A DNA stretch of 64,000 nt from a virus, in the IMG/VR virus record IMGVR_UViG_3300028284_000001, one strand, 5' to 3'. Below, one piece after another: positions 37,255-47,237 of the stretch (the first letter of the stretch is position 1; each line of letters starts with the position of its first letter). The notes under the pieces were generated by a model. It was not told the origin of the DNA and ran no database searches. It was given only the letters and a program-made list of their open reading frames with translations. The position numbers and the translations under genes are program-made.

Positions 37255-38211
37255 TTATTTTTTTACAATTCCTTGAATATCATATACACAGCTTAACATT
37301 GTGATTACCGGATCTATTACATGAATTCTTTGAGCTTGGTGTTTAGCAACCGAAATAACTACTTGCGGAATATGCTTTACACTTTGCAAACGTTCTTGTT
37401 TTATATATTCTACAAACTCTGCACCTAATGATTGTAAAACATCATCAACTCTATTAGAATAATTGCTTACTAGAAGCTGATAATTTTTAGCAGGATCTGA
37501 TTCGTTAAATACTAATTCAAATACATCTTTATAGACAGAGTTAAATTTCTTAACATCTTCTATTGTAATATTTGTAGTACCTTGTGTTTTATAGCCCTGT
37601 AATTTATTTAGAGTAGATCTAAGATCTGGAAAGTTACGTCTAACAAATTCTACAAGTGCATCTTTTTGAATTGTCATTTCTTCTTTTCCACATATATCAT
37701 AAACTCTTCTAATATATTTCTTTGTTAATTCGCTTTCTTCTTCTTTATCAAAGTCAAAATTAATAACTTCAAATCTTGATAGAATAGGATCTGGTAGTTT
37801 ATTGATATAGTTACATGTTGCAATAAATCTAGAATTAGATGCAAATTGTTCCATAGTAGCTCTTAACGCTTTAAAGAATTGATCAGATACTCCATCAACC
37901 TCATCTAGTATTACTACCTTAAACATCCCTGGAGCATCCATTATAGATACAGTTGAACAGAAATCTATAATCTTTGTTCTAATAACATCTACCGATGTGT
38001 CTGTGGACGCGTTGATGTACAGGTATGGCAATTGGAACTGATTTACAATGGCTTTTGCACAAGAAGTCTTACCTGTCCCTGGTGAGCCCGCAAACAGCAT
38101 ATTCTGTACTAGTCCATCTTTAAATTTGGACATCACTCTTTCAGGAAGGATTAGTTCCTCTAAATTCTTTGGTCTGTATTTCTCAGTGAATAGCTGATTT
38201 ATCGATTGCAT
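37255..38211 (-). CDS. gp44: Clamp loader large subunit
   Basis: EKYRP, GSPGTGKT, INAS, ILDEVD, SRF, FPDLR. Confidence 0.95.
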   Translation of the reverse strand: MQSINQLFTEKYRPKNLEELILPERVMSKFKDGLVQNMLFAGSPGTGKTSCAKAIVNQFQLPYLYINASTDTSVDVIRTKIIDFCSTVSIMDAPGMFKVVILDEVDGVSDQFFKALRATMEQFASNSRFIATCNYINKLPDPILSRFEVINFDFDKEEESELTKKYIRRVYDICGKEEMTIQKDALVEFVRRNFPDLRSTLNKLQGYKTQGTTNITIEDVKKFNSVYKDVFELVFNESDPAKNYQLLVSNYSNRVDDVLQSLGAEFVEYIKQERLQSVKHIPQVVISVAKHQAQRIHVIDPVITMLSCVYDIQGIVKK

Positions 38212-38228
38212 ATAGTTATGTTTGGTTA

Positions 38229-38256
38229 TTATAGTGTCAAAGTACCAAAATGTTTC
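38229..38256 (-). promoter_or_regulatory. Middle-type promoter GAAAC-N18-TATAA (gp44)
   Basis: Exact motif. Confidence 0.6.
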
Positions 38257-38271
38257 ATAGATAAATACAAT

Positions 38272-38760
38272 ATGGCAATAGTTATTAAAAAGACTGGAGG
38301 TCCATGGCCTGCTAACAGGTATGGTATCATTCTAAAGTACTTACCAAGATTTTTAAGAAAGTTTCTAATTAATCACAGAAATCTTGCAAAATGGTCAGAT
38401 GACGATCAATTCATGGAATGTGTCTTAAAAATACAAAGACCTAAATCCACCACTTCTACTAAAATATATTGGGATATGGTTAACGATAGAGCCCTAGACG
38501 AAAAGGGTCTAGAGAGATCATATAATACTATTGATTGGTATTGTGCTATTTCACTTAAACCTATTAAGGCTAAGTTTATGAACTTCGATCTTGAGAATTT
38601 TATACATCAGGAATATTATGATGTGTTAGATGCTCCAATGGTAGACAGTCGTATACTTAAATCATCAGTTGACTTTCGTAATAAATGTAAAAAACTCCTG
38701 CTCGCAGAACGAGAGGAGTTTCTTAAACTTGCTAAAAAGAACGCTAAGCGCTCTCTTTAA
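38272..38760 (+). CDS. Hypothetical protein (likely start ATG 38272)
   Basis: Only + strand gene in the block; preceded by late-like GATAAATAC at 38260-38268. Confidence 0.7.
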   Translation: MAIVIKKTGGPWPANRYGIILKYLPRFLRKFLINHRNLAKWSDDDQFMECVLKIQRPKSTTSTKIYWDMVNDRALDEKGLERSYNTIDWYCAISLKPIKAKFMNFDLENFIHQEYYDVLDAPMVDSRILKSSVDFRNKCKKLLLAEREEFLKLAKKNAKRSL

Positions 38761-38762
38761 TA

Positions 38763-40781
38763 TTACATTAACGCTTTAAATTTATCAGCAACAGACATAC
38801 CTTCATAAAGTTTAACCTTTTTAGGTAATTCTACTTTTGCTTCTTCAACAAATTCTTCAGCATTTTCTTTATCATCCTTAGAAACATCTTCTACTGGATA
38901 TTCTTCGTCTCCAACTTTAAAAGTCTTTTCGCCTTTTGCAATTGCTTCTGCTCTTGCAGCACCGAATTCATTTCCTTCTTCAATTTCTTCAATTTCTTCA
39001 GATTCTTTAATACCGAAATGATCTTTAGCCATTGCTAAAAGTTCAGCATAAGTATATTTACCAGAAAGAGCGTCATTTGCAATAGTTCCTTCAGGTTTAC
39101 CAACAGAATACATTGCTTGATCGTCAAATCCAAGACCTTCCGACCATGGTTTCTTTGGATCGAATCCTAATTCAGACGCTAATGATTGTGAAAGAGAAGT
39201 ATTTCCTCTAAATTGATCATTGTAACCTAATTTGTCATCTCCAAATGCAGATGAATCGACTGTCTTTCTTCCTTCTTCAAGATTTGTACCGCCTCCTGTT
39301 TTAGCAGATGCTGTCTCAGAGTAGCTAATTTCTTTTGCAACAGTTACTACATCGTCATCAGAACCATCTTCTTTTTTACCTGTGAAATCTTGTTCGCCTT
39401 CATATTTAGGCTTTTGTTCATCTTCTCCAGTTTGTGGATTAGCAACTGGAACCGTTTTACCTTTTTCTTCTGCTGCAATAACTTTAAAACCTTCATTACC
39501 GGCGATAAATGCATCAGCTAATTGCTTTGATGTTTTTTCAGCTTCAGATTCTACCGCATCAATTTCATCATAAGTTGATTCCATAGTATCTATTCTATCT
39601 GAGTACTCATCTTTAGCAGCAAGAACATCCGCTTCTTTAGAATCTCCTTCATATCCAAATGCTAGAGAATAATCTTTTTTACCGATAGCACCATACGCAG
39701 CTTTTAATTCAGAAAGCTTTGTTTTAGCTTCTTTAGCTAAGTCTTTATTTTGAGGGTCTGCAGCAAGTGCTCCAGTTGCAGCTCCAAATTCTGAAATACC
39801 CTTCATATAAGCCTGAATCTTTTGAAGTGCTGCTGCCTCATCACCTGTTGTATTAGCAATTTCTGCTTCTAAATCAGAAGCAGCCTTTGCAGCTTTTTCT
39901 TGGGCTTTTTTAGAAGCTTCTGCTTGGGCTTTAATATCTTTATTTGTTCTTTCTTCAGCTGCCTTATCTAATCTTTTCTGTCTATCTTCATCCTCGATAA
40001 ATTCATCTTGAACTTTTCTGGTTTTTTTCAGAAATTCATCATCAGTGTCTCTTTCGATCTTTAATTTTTTTAGATCCCATTGAGCAGCAATTGCAGGAGA
40101 ATCACTCACTTTATTATCACTAATTAATTTTGAAATTTTTGTACCAAAATCTGCAACTAATCTATCTTGCTTTGTAGCTTGATCTGCTTTTTCTCTATCT
40201 AGTTTTTTACCAGCTTGTTCTTTCATTGCAGCAAGCTTAGCATCTCTAACCAATCTAGCTTTCTTTTTTGCAGCAGGGTTATCTAATTTGTCAATAGCAT
40301 CATTAAGTTTATCTTTAATCTTATCTTCTGCTTGTGCTAATCTTTCTTCTTTATTTTGGTCAAATTTATACCCAAATATAGTTTTATCTAATTCCGCCGT
40401 CTTTTTCTTTTTATATAACTTAGGGTACATAGAATTAAGTTTTGCAGCTGCAGCACCAGCTTTAAACATCGCCATTAAAGTAGCACCTGCATTTTCGTTT
40501 AATTCTAAATTAACGTCTTCGTTAAAAACTTCTTCGATAATTGCGTCAATGCTTTCTGTAATTTGTTTTGAAAGTTGTTCTAGGTTAGTTAAGATAGTAT
40601 CGACATCTTGTACGATTTCTGCTCTTACCTCTTCTCCTGATTTAGCAGAAGTCTGTTGTGTACCTACAGTAGTAGAATCTGTCTTAACTGCAGGAGCAGT
40701 TGTTTGACCTGGTTTTGAAATCTCACCAGCAGTAAATTCTTCCTGTAATAGTAATGGTTTTTTGAATTTCTTATTTGCCAT
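38763..40781 (-). CDS. Large charged coiled-coil protein, putative internal head protein
   Basis: Follows gp23; late motif at 40822-40830; many (I/L)xE motifs. Confidence 0.6.
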   Translation of the reverse strand: MANKKFKKPLLLQEEFTAGEISKPGQTTAPAVKTDSTTVGTQQTSAKSGEEVRAEIVQDVDTILTNLEQLSKQITESIDAIIEEVFNEDVNLELNENAGATLMAMFKAGAAAAKLNSMYPKLYKKKKTAELDKTIFGYKFDQNKEERLAQAEDKIKDKLNDAIDKLDNPAAKKKARLVRDAKLAAMKEQAGKKLDREKADQATKQDRLVADFGTKISKLISDNKVSDSPAIAAQWDLKKLKIERDTDDEFLKKTRKVQDEFIEDEDRQKRLDKAAEERTNKDIKAQAEASKKAQEKAAKAASDLEAEIANTTGDEAAALQKIQAYMKGISEFGAATGALAADPQNKDLAKEAKTKLSELKAAYGAIGKKDYSLAFGYEGDSKEADVLAAKDEYSDRIDTMESTYDEIDAVESEAEKTSKQLADAFIAGNEGFKVIAAEEKGKTVPVANPQTGEDEQKPKYEGEQDFTGKKEDGSDDDVVTVAKEISYSETASAKTGGGTNLEEGRKTVDSSAFGDDKLGYNDQFRGNTSLSQSLASELGFDPKKPWSEGLGFDDQAMYSVGKPEGTIANDALSGKYTYAELLAMAKDHFGIKESEEIEEIEEGNEFGAARAEAIAKGEKTFKVGDEEYPVEDVSKDDKENAEEFVEEAKVELPKKVKLYEGMSVADKFKALM

Positions 40782-40851
40782 AATATGGTTATGTTTTGTT
40801 TTAATTAAAATGTTCGTTTAGTTATATATCTACCATATTCTGAATAAAAGA

Positions 40852-40875
40852 AAAGGCCCTCAAAAGAGGGCCTTT
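40852..40875 (-). terminator. Intrinsic terminator after the major capsid gene
   Basis: aaaggccctc-aaaa-gagggccttt with a U-rich tail on the minus strand. Confidence 0.85.
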
Positions 40876-40903
40876 AATATAAAAATTAAGATTGAACTAT
40901 AAA

Positions 40904-42286
40904 TTATAGTGCAAAGTTAGTAACAGTGAATTTCTCATACTGAGTACCAGCATGGAATCCAGCTTCTACTAATGCGTATCTAGATTTTACAGCTACTTTC
41001 GGAGCCATAGTACCTTCAACGATTGCTTGAACTGATTCAGCCATTAAGTAAGGCATGAATACTAATCCAGGACCATTACCATCACCTTTTCTACCAACTA
41101 ATACTTCATTTGACATGAAATCAATAGATGGGTCAGTGTAAACATTAATACCAGCTACAGAACCTAAAGGATAGATTGAACCTGCAACTTGATTAAATGT
41201 GTTAGCCATTGGATAAGCTACGAAACCTGCAACAGATTGTAAAGCAGATGCGATAGCACCACCAACAACTGCGAAGTTACCAGCACCTCTTCTACCTCTT
41301 TGAGCGATTAAGTTAGCCGCTGCTAAGATGTTAGTTAAGATTTTTCTTTGCTTATCAGCTTCAGTCTCACCACCTTGTAGACCACCAGCTGGAGCATAAT
41401 CAAATCCAGCGATACCAGAACCAGCCATATCTCTCATCTTTAATAAGATGTGATTGTTGATAGACTGAGTTAATTCGTTAGTTAAAACTGCTTCTACTTG
41501 AGCAACAGCATCAACACCGAATTGTTTAAGATCTTGTACTTGTTCTCTTGTTACGGCAGCAGCAACTTGGAAAGTTTGAGCTGAAACGCTTTTTGAGAAT
41601 AAAGATAGACCCATTACTTTGTCCATAGTTTGTTCACCAACTTCTCTGTTCATTGGTACACCTAAATTAGCATCAGATGCAGCACCTGAAAATTCAGGAA
41701 TGTGATCTTCTAAAGCTTTTACTAATCTTACATTAGAATTAGCTTCAAAGTATTCTGACATGTTTAAAGTATGTCCATCAGCACCATCAACAGTTGCATC
41801 AATTGCAATTGAATAGATAGTATCTCCTGAAATTCTTGAAGTACCAGCATCAACAACACCAGTAGCAGCACCTAAAGGAGCAGTTTCTGAGATTACATAA
41901 GTTGGAGAAGTAGTTCCTTTGATTTTACCACCTTCGTAAACGAAATCTAGGTAAGATAAAAGACCCATTGGTCCAGCCATTGGTACAACAGGTACTAAAT
42001 CAAGACCGATTGTTTGTGCAGCAACTTGCATTGCTAAAGGTAAAAGAGTTGGGGCTTTATCGCCTGATCCATCTGCATTACCTGCAGTAGGGAAGTTTGT
42101 TCCTCCCATACCAAAGATGTTACCTGCAGTCCCTAAAGACATGAAGTTTGCATCTTCATAAAGCTTGTGATTGTGACAGTATTCTGACATCCAAGCTAGT
42201 TTTGCGCTTTCGTTAATTCCAGTTGCTTCCGAGATAATCGGAGACCAAGTGTTTCTAACTTCAGCTTCATTAATTAAATTTGCCAT
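40904..42286 (-). CDS. gp23: Major capsid protein
   Basis: DLVPVVPMAGPMG, EQVQDLK..GVDA, RRGAGNF, GLVFMPY, PKVAVKSRY. Confidence 0.95.
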   Translation of the reverse strand: MANLINEAEVRNTWSPIISEATGINESAKLAWMSEYCHNHKLYEDANFMSLGTAGNIFGMGGTNFPTAGNADGSGDKAPTLLPLAMQVAAQTIGLDLVPVVPMAGPMGLLSYLDFVYEGGKIKGTTSPTYVISETAPLGAATGVVDAGTSRISGDTIYSIAIDATVDGADGHTLNMSEYFEANSNVRLVKALEDHIPEFSGAASDANLGVPMNREVGEQTMDKVMGLSLFSKSVSAQTFQVAAAVTREQVQDLKQFGVDAVAQVEAVLTNELTQSINNHILLKMRDMAGSGIAGFDYAPAGGLQGGETEADKQRKILTNILAAANLIAQRGRRGAGNFAVVGGAIASALQSVAGFVAYPMANTFNQVAGSIYPLGSVAGINVYTDPSIDFMSNEVLVGRKGDGNGPGLVFMPYLMAESVQAIVEGTMAPKVAVKSRYALVEAGFHAGTQYEKFTVTNFAL

Positions 42287-42401
42287 TTTGTTAAATTATA
42301 TTTTTAATGGTTTTATGCTTCTTTCTATTATTAGATTAAAGCTCGACTTGCTTGGGTTTTCTGCTTCGATACCCTGTATCGTCGATTAGTTTATATATTG
42401 T

Positions 42402-44582
42402 TTACTTTTTAAATCTTTTCTTTAAGCTTTCAGCGTAGTCAGAAACATCGTATAGTGGCTTGTTTTCTTCCTCAACAACTGTTGATTCATTAACTGCCGC
42501 TAACTTTTCTAAGTCAACTTTAACCTCTCTTAGATCTCTAGTTTCCCAGAAGTTTCTAACTTGATACTCAGTTTTTAGAGTATGATAGTTTGCTTGTGCT
42601 TTAATTTGTGTTTGTTTTGCTTCAGTTAAAGATTCAAACTTCTCTTTATATTCTGCAGGCATTGCAGTCATAAATAATGGTTCGTTATTTTTAGATTCAA
42701 CAACTAGTGTTGCACCTTCAATAATTGAGTTAATTTGAGATTCATTCATGAATGCTCTTTTTGCAACTCTATTTCTAACTTCAGTTTTAGCATCTTCGTT
42801 TAGTGCATTGTAAGCTTCTTGTATAGAACCTGAAACTACATTTAAGAATGCAGGATTTTCATTTTCTTTTACTTGAGCAGCTTCTACTAATGCATCTAAC
42901 TTAGATGAAATTTCGTTTTTGTAAGCTTCTAGTGGATCGTGTGCTCCATCTTCGCCTTCAGTTTCTTCATCACCTTCACCAGCTTCAGCTTCTTCAGTTT
43001 CACCTTCTGGCTCAACTTCAGATACGTCTTCAGTTTCATCTTCTAATTCTTCAGCAGGTTGACCAGCTCCATCTTCAGCAGCAGGATCTACATCACCTTC
43101 TTTTGAATTATCACCAACTTCTTCTCCGCCTTCAGCTTCTTCTTTTTCAGCACCAGGTGCGTCAACTTCATCTTCTTCTTCAGTTACTTCTTCAGTCTCT
43201 TCAACTTCTTCAGTTTCAGCTACTTCTTCAGCACCTTCACCAGCTTCATCTTCTTCAGCTACTTCTTCAGCACCTTCACCAGCTTCATCTTCTTCAGTTA
43301 CTTCTTCAGTTTCAGCTACTTCTTTAGCTCCATCTTCACCTTCATCTTCAGCAGGTAATTCACCAAGTTCAGCTTCTTCAGTTTCATCTTTAACTTCAGC
43401 GTCAGATTTTACTGTTTCATCTTCTAAATCTTCAGCAGGAACTCCAGCTTCATCTTCTTCAGTAACTTCTTCAGTTTCTTCAACTAAATTTTCGTTAATT
43501 TGAACTGCGATATATTCAGCATACTCAGATACTGATTGTAAGTTTTCTTTTAAATACTCAACGTAAGATAATAGAGCCTTTGCAGAGTCTGTACTTTCGT
43601 TCATACTTTCAGCTAAATAATCAGAAAAGTCTTTAACTTTACTAATACCTTCAGCTAAATGCTCAGAATATTGAATGCCTTGATCTAATTTTTCAGCAAC
43701 AGCCTCAGTATAAGATATACCTTGATCTGCTTTTTCAGCAACGTGTTCTGAATACTGGATTGATTCGTCTAATTTGCCAGCTAAATACTCAACATATTCT
43801 GAGAGAGTATTAACGCTTTCGACGATGTGGTCGTTATGAGATTTTACATCTTCTAACGTGTTGTCTTCGTTTTTTGCACCGATAGACTCTTTAATGCTTT
43901 TCATTTCATTAGCTAAGTACTCAGAATACTTATTGAAATCTTCAGCTTTTACAAATTCTGCCATGTTTTTTTCTTTTATTTCTGTATTTGTGTTTGTTAT
44001 TGTAATTTCTTTTTCTGCAACTCCAGTTTCTTCGTTCATTTCATAGATCCAAAGACCTGAGTCGTTATCAAAACCATACGATTCATTTACTCTTTTTAAT
44101 TCAGCGTTAGCAAATCCAGGATCTGCAACTAAATCATAAGTAAATAATTGTTTGATTTTAACCTTTCCATTTGATTCTACAGCACCAGCAGCTCTTGAAG
44201 AGATTTGTAAAGGTACACCAGCATCAACTAGTGCTTTAGCTTGACGTCCAGCGTCAGTATCTAATAGTCTAATTTTACCTTTTACATGCTTTGATTCTTT
44301 ATCGTAGAAAAGCTCCTCAATAATGTGTGAAACATTTTTTAGAGAAACATCAAATTGCTGAGGATGATCTAACTCGCCCAATAGCTTAGAAGATTTAATC
44401 TTCTCTTGTAACTGTTGGATTTGAGGAACATACTCAGATTCAGTATAAATTCTGTTGTTTTTGTTTTTAGTGTCAATTTCACCAAAAATACCTTCGAGGA
44501 TGTACTCTTTATTGTCAGATTCCGCTACGCGTAATTGACTAGAGGACATTTCGACGATTAGTAAATCGTTAACTTTTGCCAT
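42402..44582 (-). CDS. gp21: Prohead protease (gp21) fused to acidic scaffold (gp22-like)
   Basis: NKNNRIY, LGELDHP, VSH, ISSRAAG, YDLVADPGF, then coiled-coil Y.EY repeats and Glu-rich repeats. Confidence 0.9.
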   Translation of the reverse strand: MAKVNDLLIVEMSSSQLRVAESDNKEYILEGIFGEIDTKNKNNRIYTESEYVPQIQQLQEKIKSSKLLGELDHPQQFDVSLKNVSHIIEELFYDKESKHVKGKIRLLDTDAGRQAKALVDAGVPLQISSRAAGAVESNGKVKIKQLFTYDLVADPGFANAELKRVNESYGFDNDSGLWIYEMNEETGVAEKEITITNTNTEIKEKNMAEFVKAEDFNKYSEYLANEMKSIKESIGAKNEDNTLEDVKSHNDHIVESVNTLSEYVEYLAGKLDESIQYSEHVAEKADQGISYTEAVAEKLDQGIQYSEHLAEGISKVKDFSDYLAESMNESTDSAKALLSYVEYLKENLQSVSEYAEYIAVQINENLVEETEEVTEEDEAGVPAEDLEDETVKSDAEVKDETEEAELGELPAEDEGEDGAKEVAETEEVTEEDEAGEGAEEVAEEDEAGEGAEEVAETEEVEETEEVTEEEDEVDAPGAEKEEAEGGEEVGDNSKEGDVDPAAEDGAGQPAEELEDETEDVSEVEPEGETEEAEAGEGDEETEGEDGAHDPLEAYKNEISSKLDALVEAAQVKENENPAFLNVVSGSIQEAYNALNEDAKTEVRNRVAKRAFMNESQINSIIEGATLVVESKNNEPLFMTAMPAEYKEKFESLTEAKQTQIKAQANYHTLKTEYQVRNFWETRDLREVKVDLEKLAAVNESTVVEEENKPLYDVSDYAESLKKRFKK
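43180..43490 (-). repeat. Glu-rich low-complexity coding repeats (EEDEAGEGAEEVAE / ETEEVTEE)
   Basis: Repeated cttcagctacttcttcagcaccttcaccagcttcatctt units. Confidence 0.8.
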
Positions 44583-44643
44583 ATCTATGGTTTTTATTAT
44601 TTTTAATATATATCATCTTCTATTTTGTGAATATCTTAATATG

Positions 44644-44985
44644 TTAAATGTCAAGGTCTAGATCATCATCTCCGCCCTCTTCTTCCTTGCCAGCATCCTT
44701 CTCTTCTTCCTTCTCTCCTTCAGCATCTTCAGTCTCTTTATCTAGATAATATTTAACTAGAACATCCATTTCACCTTCAGCAAAAGCATCTTGTCCATAT
44801 TCACTATAGAAATAATCTTTAAATTCTTTTTCAGTTTTAGATGCTGTAATAGCTCCTAGAATTTCAGCTGATTTTATTTCAGATCCTGAATCTAAGGTTA
44901 CTGGTTCCACATATATGCTTGATTCTTCACCGGCCTTTAAGGCGTCTTCGGTGATAAATTCTTCAAATGTTTTGTAAATCTTCAT
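44644..44985 (-). CDS. Small acidic prohead core-like protein
   Basis: MKIYKTFEEFITE N-terminus; between portal and protease. Confidence 0.6.
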   Translation of the reverse strand: MKIYKTFEEFITEDALKAGEESSIYVEPVTLDSGSEIKSAEILGAITASKTEKEFKDYFYSEYGQDAFAEGEMDVLVKYYLDKETEDAEGEKEEEKDAGKEEEGGDDDLDLDI

Positions 44986-45027
44986 AGTTTATATATCTCT
45001 TTTTCTTAATGATCTAGGGTTTAGCTA

Positions 45028-46626
45028 TTAAAAGCCCATCCCGTCATCTTCAGGTTCTGGTTCATCAGCAGCAGCCTTTGCAGCTTTTGCTTTAAATGAT
45101 TTATTAGCATTGATTTCATCATCGGTCAATTTTAAGTATTTTGTTACTAAATATTCTTGATCGAAGTAGTATTCTTCTTCCATAGTCTCTTGATTAGTTG
45201 TCATTAAACTATCTCTCATACTTGAGATAAAGTCTAATCTTAACTGCATGATTTCTTGATTTTTTAATTCAGCAAATACATTCTCTTCATTAAATCTTAA
45301 AGATACTTGTGTTTTGAATTGTGGATCATCAGTAAATTCTGGATATTTAAGACACATTTGAATATACAATGGCTTAACTAATATCTCTTGGAATACTGAT
45401 CTTAGTCTATTAATAAACTTAGCAAACTTAATTTCATCTCTTACCATACCGTCACCAGCTAATGCATAGTCACCACCATCATCTTCATATAAGAATCTGT
45501 TGTAAGGTATTTTAGAAACTTGTTTTAGTTTATCTTGGAAATATTTAAGAGCTTCTGTATCATTTAATTCTGGTCCTTCACCACCAAGAGTTTCAATTTC
45601 TGGAGTTTCACCATCTTTAGAAGGTAACCAATACTCTTTACTAAATTGTAACATTGGTTTACCATCTGTTGTTAATGATCCTGATTCAAAATCAAAATCA
45701 ACAACTTCTTTATAGTTATTCATTAACTGAGCTAACGATTGTTTTGCTCTAGTTTTAGATTTACCACCTACAGGTATAATAAACTTCATTCTAAATGAAG
45801 CGTTAGTTACAGCCCAGATTACTCTGGTATGTTCCATAATCCTAAGTAGGTTAAATGATCTAGTTAATCTTTCAACATAAGATACTCTTGATGCTGTTGA
45901 TAAAGAAGAATATGAAAGATAAATGATTTGAGAATCATATAACACTCTTTCTTTTACTGGATCATCTTTATATTGGATCCATACTTTCTTACCGTCGTCT
46001 TTATTAAAACCAGGCATTAGTGTTACTGGATCAATCTCTTTAAAACCTATAATCTCTTTTTGGTCTGGGGAATAAATTATCTCAAATGATAAGTAACCAT
46101 CTACTAAGAACTTTCTAAAGAAGTACCAAGCTGATTGTTCACCATTAAATCCAAAGTAGTGATAGATTTGTCTAAAGTATTTGTTAAGGTCTTTGTTAAC
46201 TTCTTCAGAAACATCAAGACCTAGAATAGAAGGTTGAGCAAAGAAATTCTTTTCATCATATACAACTGCTTCATCACAAAGTATATCTAGAATATCTTCA
46301 ACCTCATCGTTCATTGAGAATCTTCTTAATTCATCTCTTTTACCAGGATAATCAATATCAAAGAACGGTACGTTCTTCTTCATATTAATATCTGCCATGG
46401 ATAGAGCAGCAAATGCTCCGTAAATATCATCGTTGTCTAATCCGAACGGGTTCATCTCTCTATAGCCAAATTGGTCCTCCATAGGGCCAATCGCTTGAGA
46501 TTGTCTAAGTACCAGGTCATCATATCGCATACCAAAAGAACTCAGCGTCTTCAAAGCACTTGAGAGGCTAAATGGTTTTGAGTTTGAACTAAATGGTCCG
46601 TTTCGTTTGTCAGTAAATCCTGCCAT
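45028..46626 (-). CDS. gp20: Portal protein
   Basis: FLVDG, LRIMEH, QLMNNYK, EYWLP..G..PEIETLGG, RDEIKFAKFI. Confidence 0.95.
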   Translation of the reverse strand: MAGFTDKRNGPFSSNSKPFSLSSALKTLSSFGMRYDDLVLRQSQAIGPMEDQFGYREMNPFGLDNDDIYGAFAALSMADINMKKNVPFFDIDYPGKRDELRRFSMNDEVEDILDILCDEAVVYDEKNFFAQPSILGLDVSEEVNKDLNKYFRQIYHYFGFNGEQSAWYFFRKFLVDGYLSFEIIYSPDQKEIIGFKEIDPVTLMPGFNKDDGKKVWIQYKDDPVKERVLYDSQIIYLSYSSLSTASRVSYVERLTRSFNLLRIMEHTRVIWAVTNASFRMKFIIPVGGKSKTRAKQSLAQLMNNYKEVVDFDFESGSLTTDGKPMLQFSKEYWLPSKDGETPEIETLGGEGPELNDTEALKYFQDKLKQVSKIPYNRFLYEDDGGDYALAGDGMVRDEIKFAKFINRLRSVFQEILVKPLYIQMCLKYPEFTDDPQFKTQVSLRFNEENVFAELKNQEIMQLRLDFISSMRDSLMTTNQETMEEEYYFDQEYLVTKYLKLTDDEINANKSFKAKAAKAAADEPEPEDDGMGF

Positions 46627-46646
46627 AATATAGTATTATTTCTGTT

Positions 46647-46655
46647 TTATATATC
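46647..46655 (-). promoter_or_regulatory. Late promoter motif GATATATAA (portal)
   Basis: ttatatatc upstream of 46626. Confidence 0.7.
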
Positions 46656-47237
46656 TCATTTATTTGGATGGTTTCTAAACATAGCTCTAATAGCTCCAAC
46701 TCCTTTACCTTCTAGATCTGTAAAGTCGCAAAGTGCTATTCTCGACCAGTGTTCAAATGATACCACTGCTTGTTGTGATTTTCGACTAGGGATATATTGT
46801 CTAATCGCGAAATCAAAGCCAAACTTAGCTAAAAAACCTTTAGCGCCATCATAGCTTAATCCTAATTGTGCTTGTGATTTTGCAGGCTTACCATCTTGTC
46901 CTTTGATAAAACCTTGGAATCTTTCATACACTACATCTAACAGTTCTTCCTTTACATTAGGAGGTAACATGTTTAAATTAATACCACAGTCATTACCGCC
47001 AGCTGGATCTAATGCTAGCACACATGGGTTCTTATCCCACCATTCTGCGTATTTTGGGTCTTCATATCTAAAAACATACAACTGTCCAGGTCTAAATCTT
47101 CTTGATGTAGTTTGTACTGCTGTTTCTCTAATAGCCTTTCTAGAATCTGTAAACCAGCTCTCTGCATCGCCTTTAGCCCTAGCTTTACCGCCAGACTCTT
47201 TAGATAATTCTCGTATGCCTTTTTTAATAGCTCCCAT
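46656..47237 (-). CDS. gp2: DNA end protector protein
   Basis: PGQLYVFRY.DPK...WD..P, GINL..LP, IRQY. Confidence 0.75.
   Translation of the reverse strand: MGAIKKGIRELSKESGGKARAKGDAESWFTDSRKAIRETAVQTTSRRFRPGQLYVFRYEDPKYAEWWDKNPCVLALDPAGGNDCGINLNMLPPNVKEELLDVVYERFQGFIKGQDGKPAKSQAQLGLSYDGAKGFLAKFGFDFAIRQYIPSRKSQQAVVSFEHWSRIALCDFTDLEGKGVGAIRAMFRNHPNK

Noticed and set aside
38206-38271. N-terminal extension of the + strand ORF from the track
   Set aside because: It overlaps the gp44 start and promoter; ATG 38272 behind a late motif is the better start
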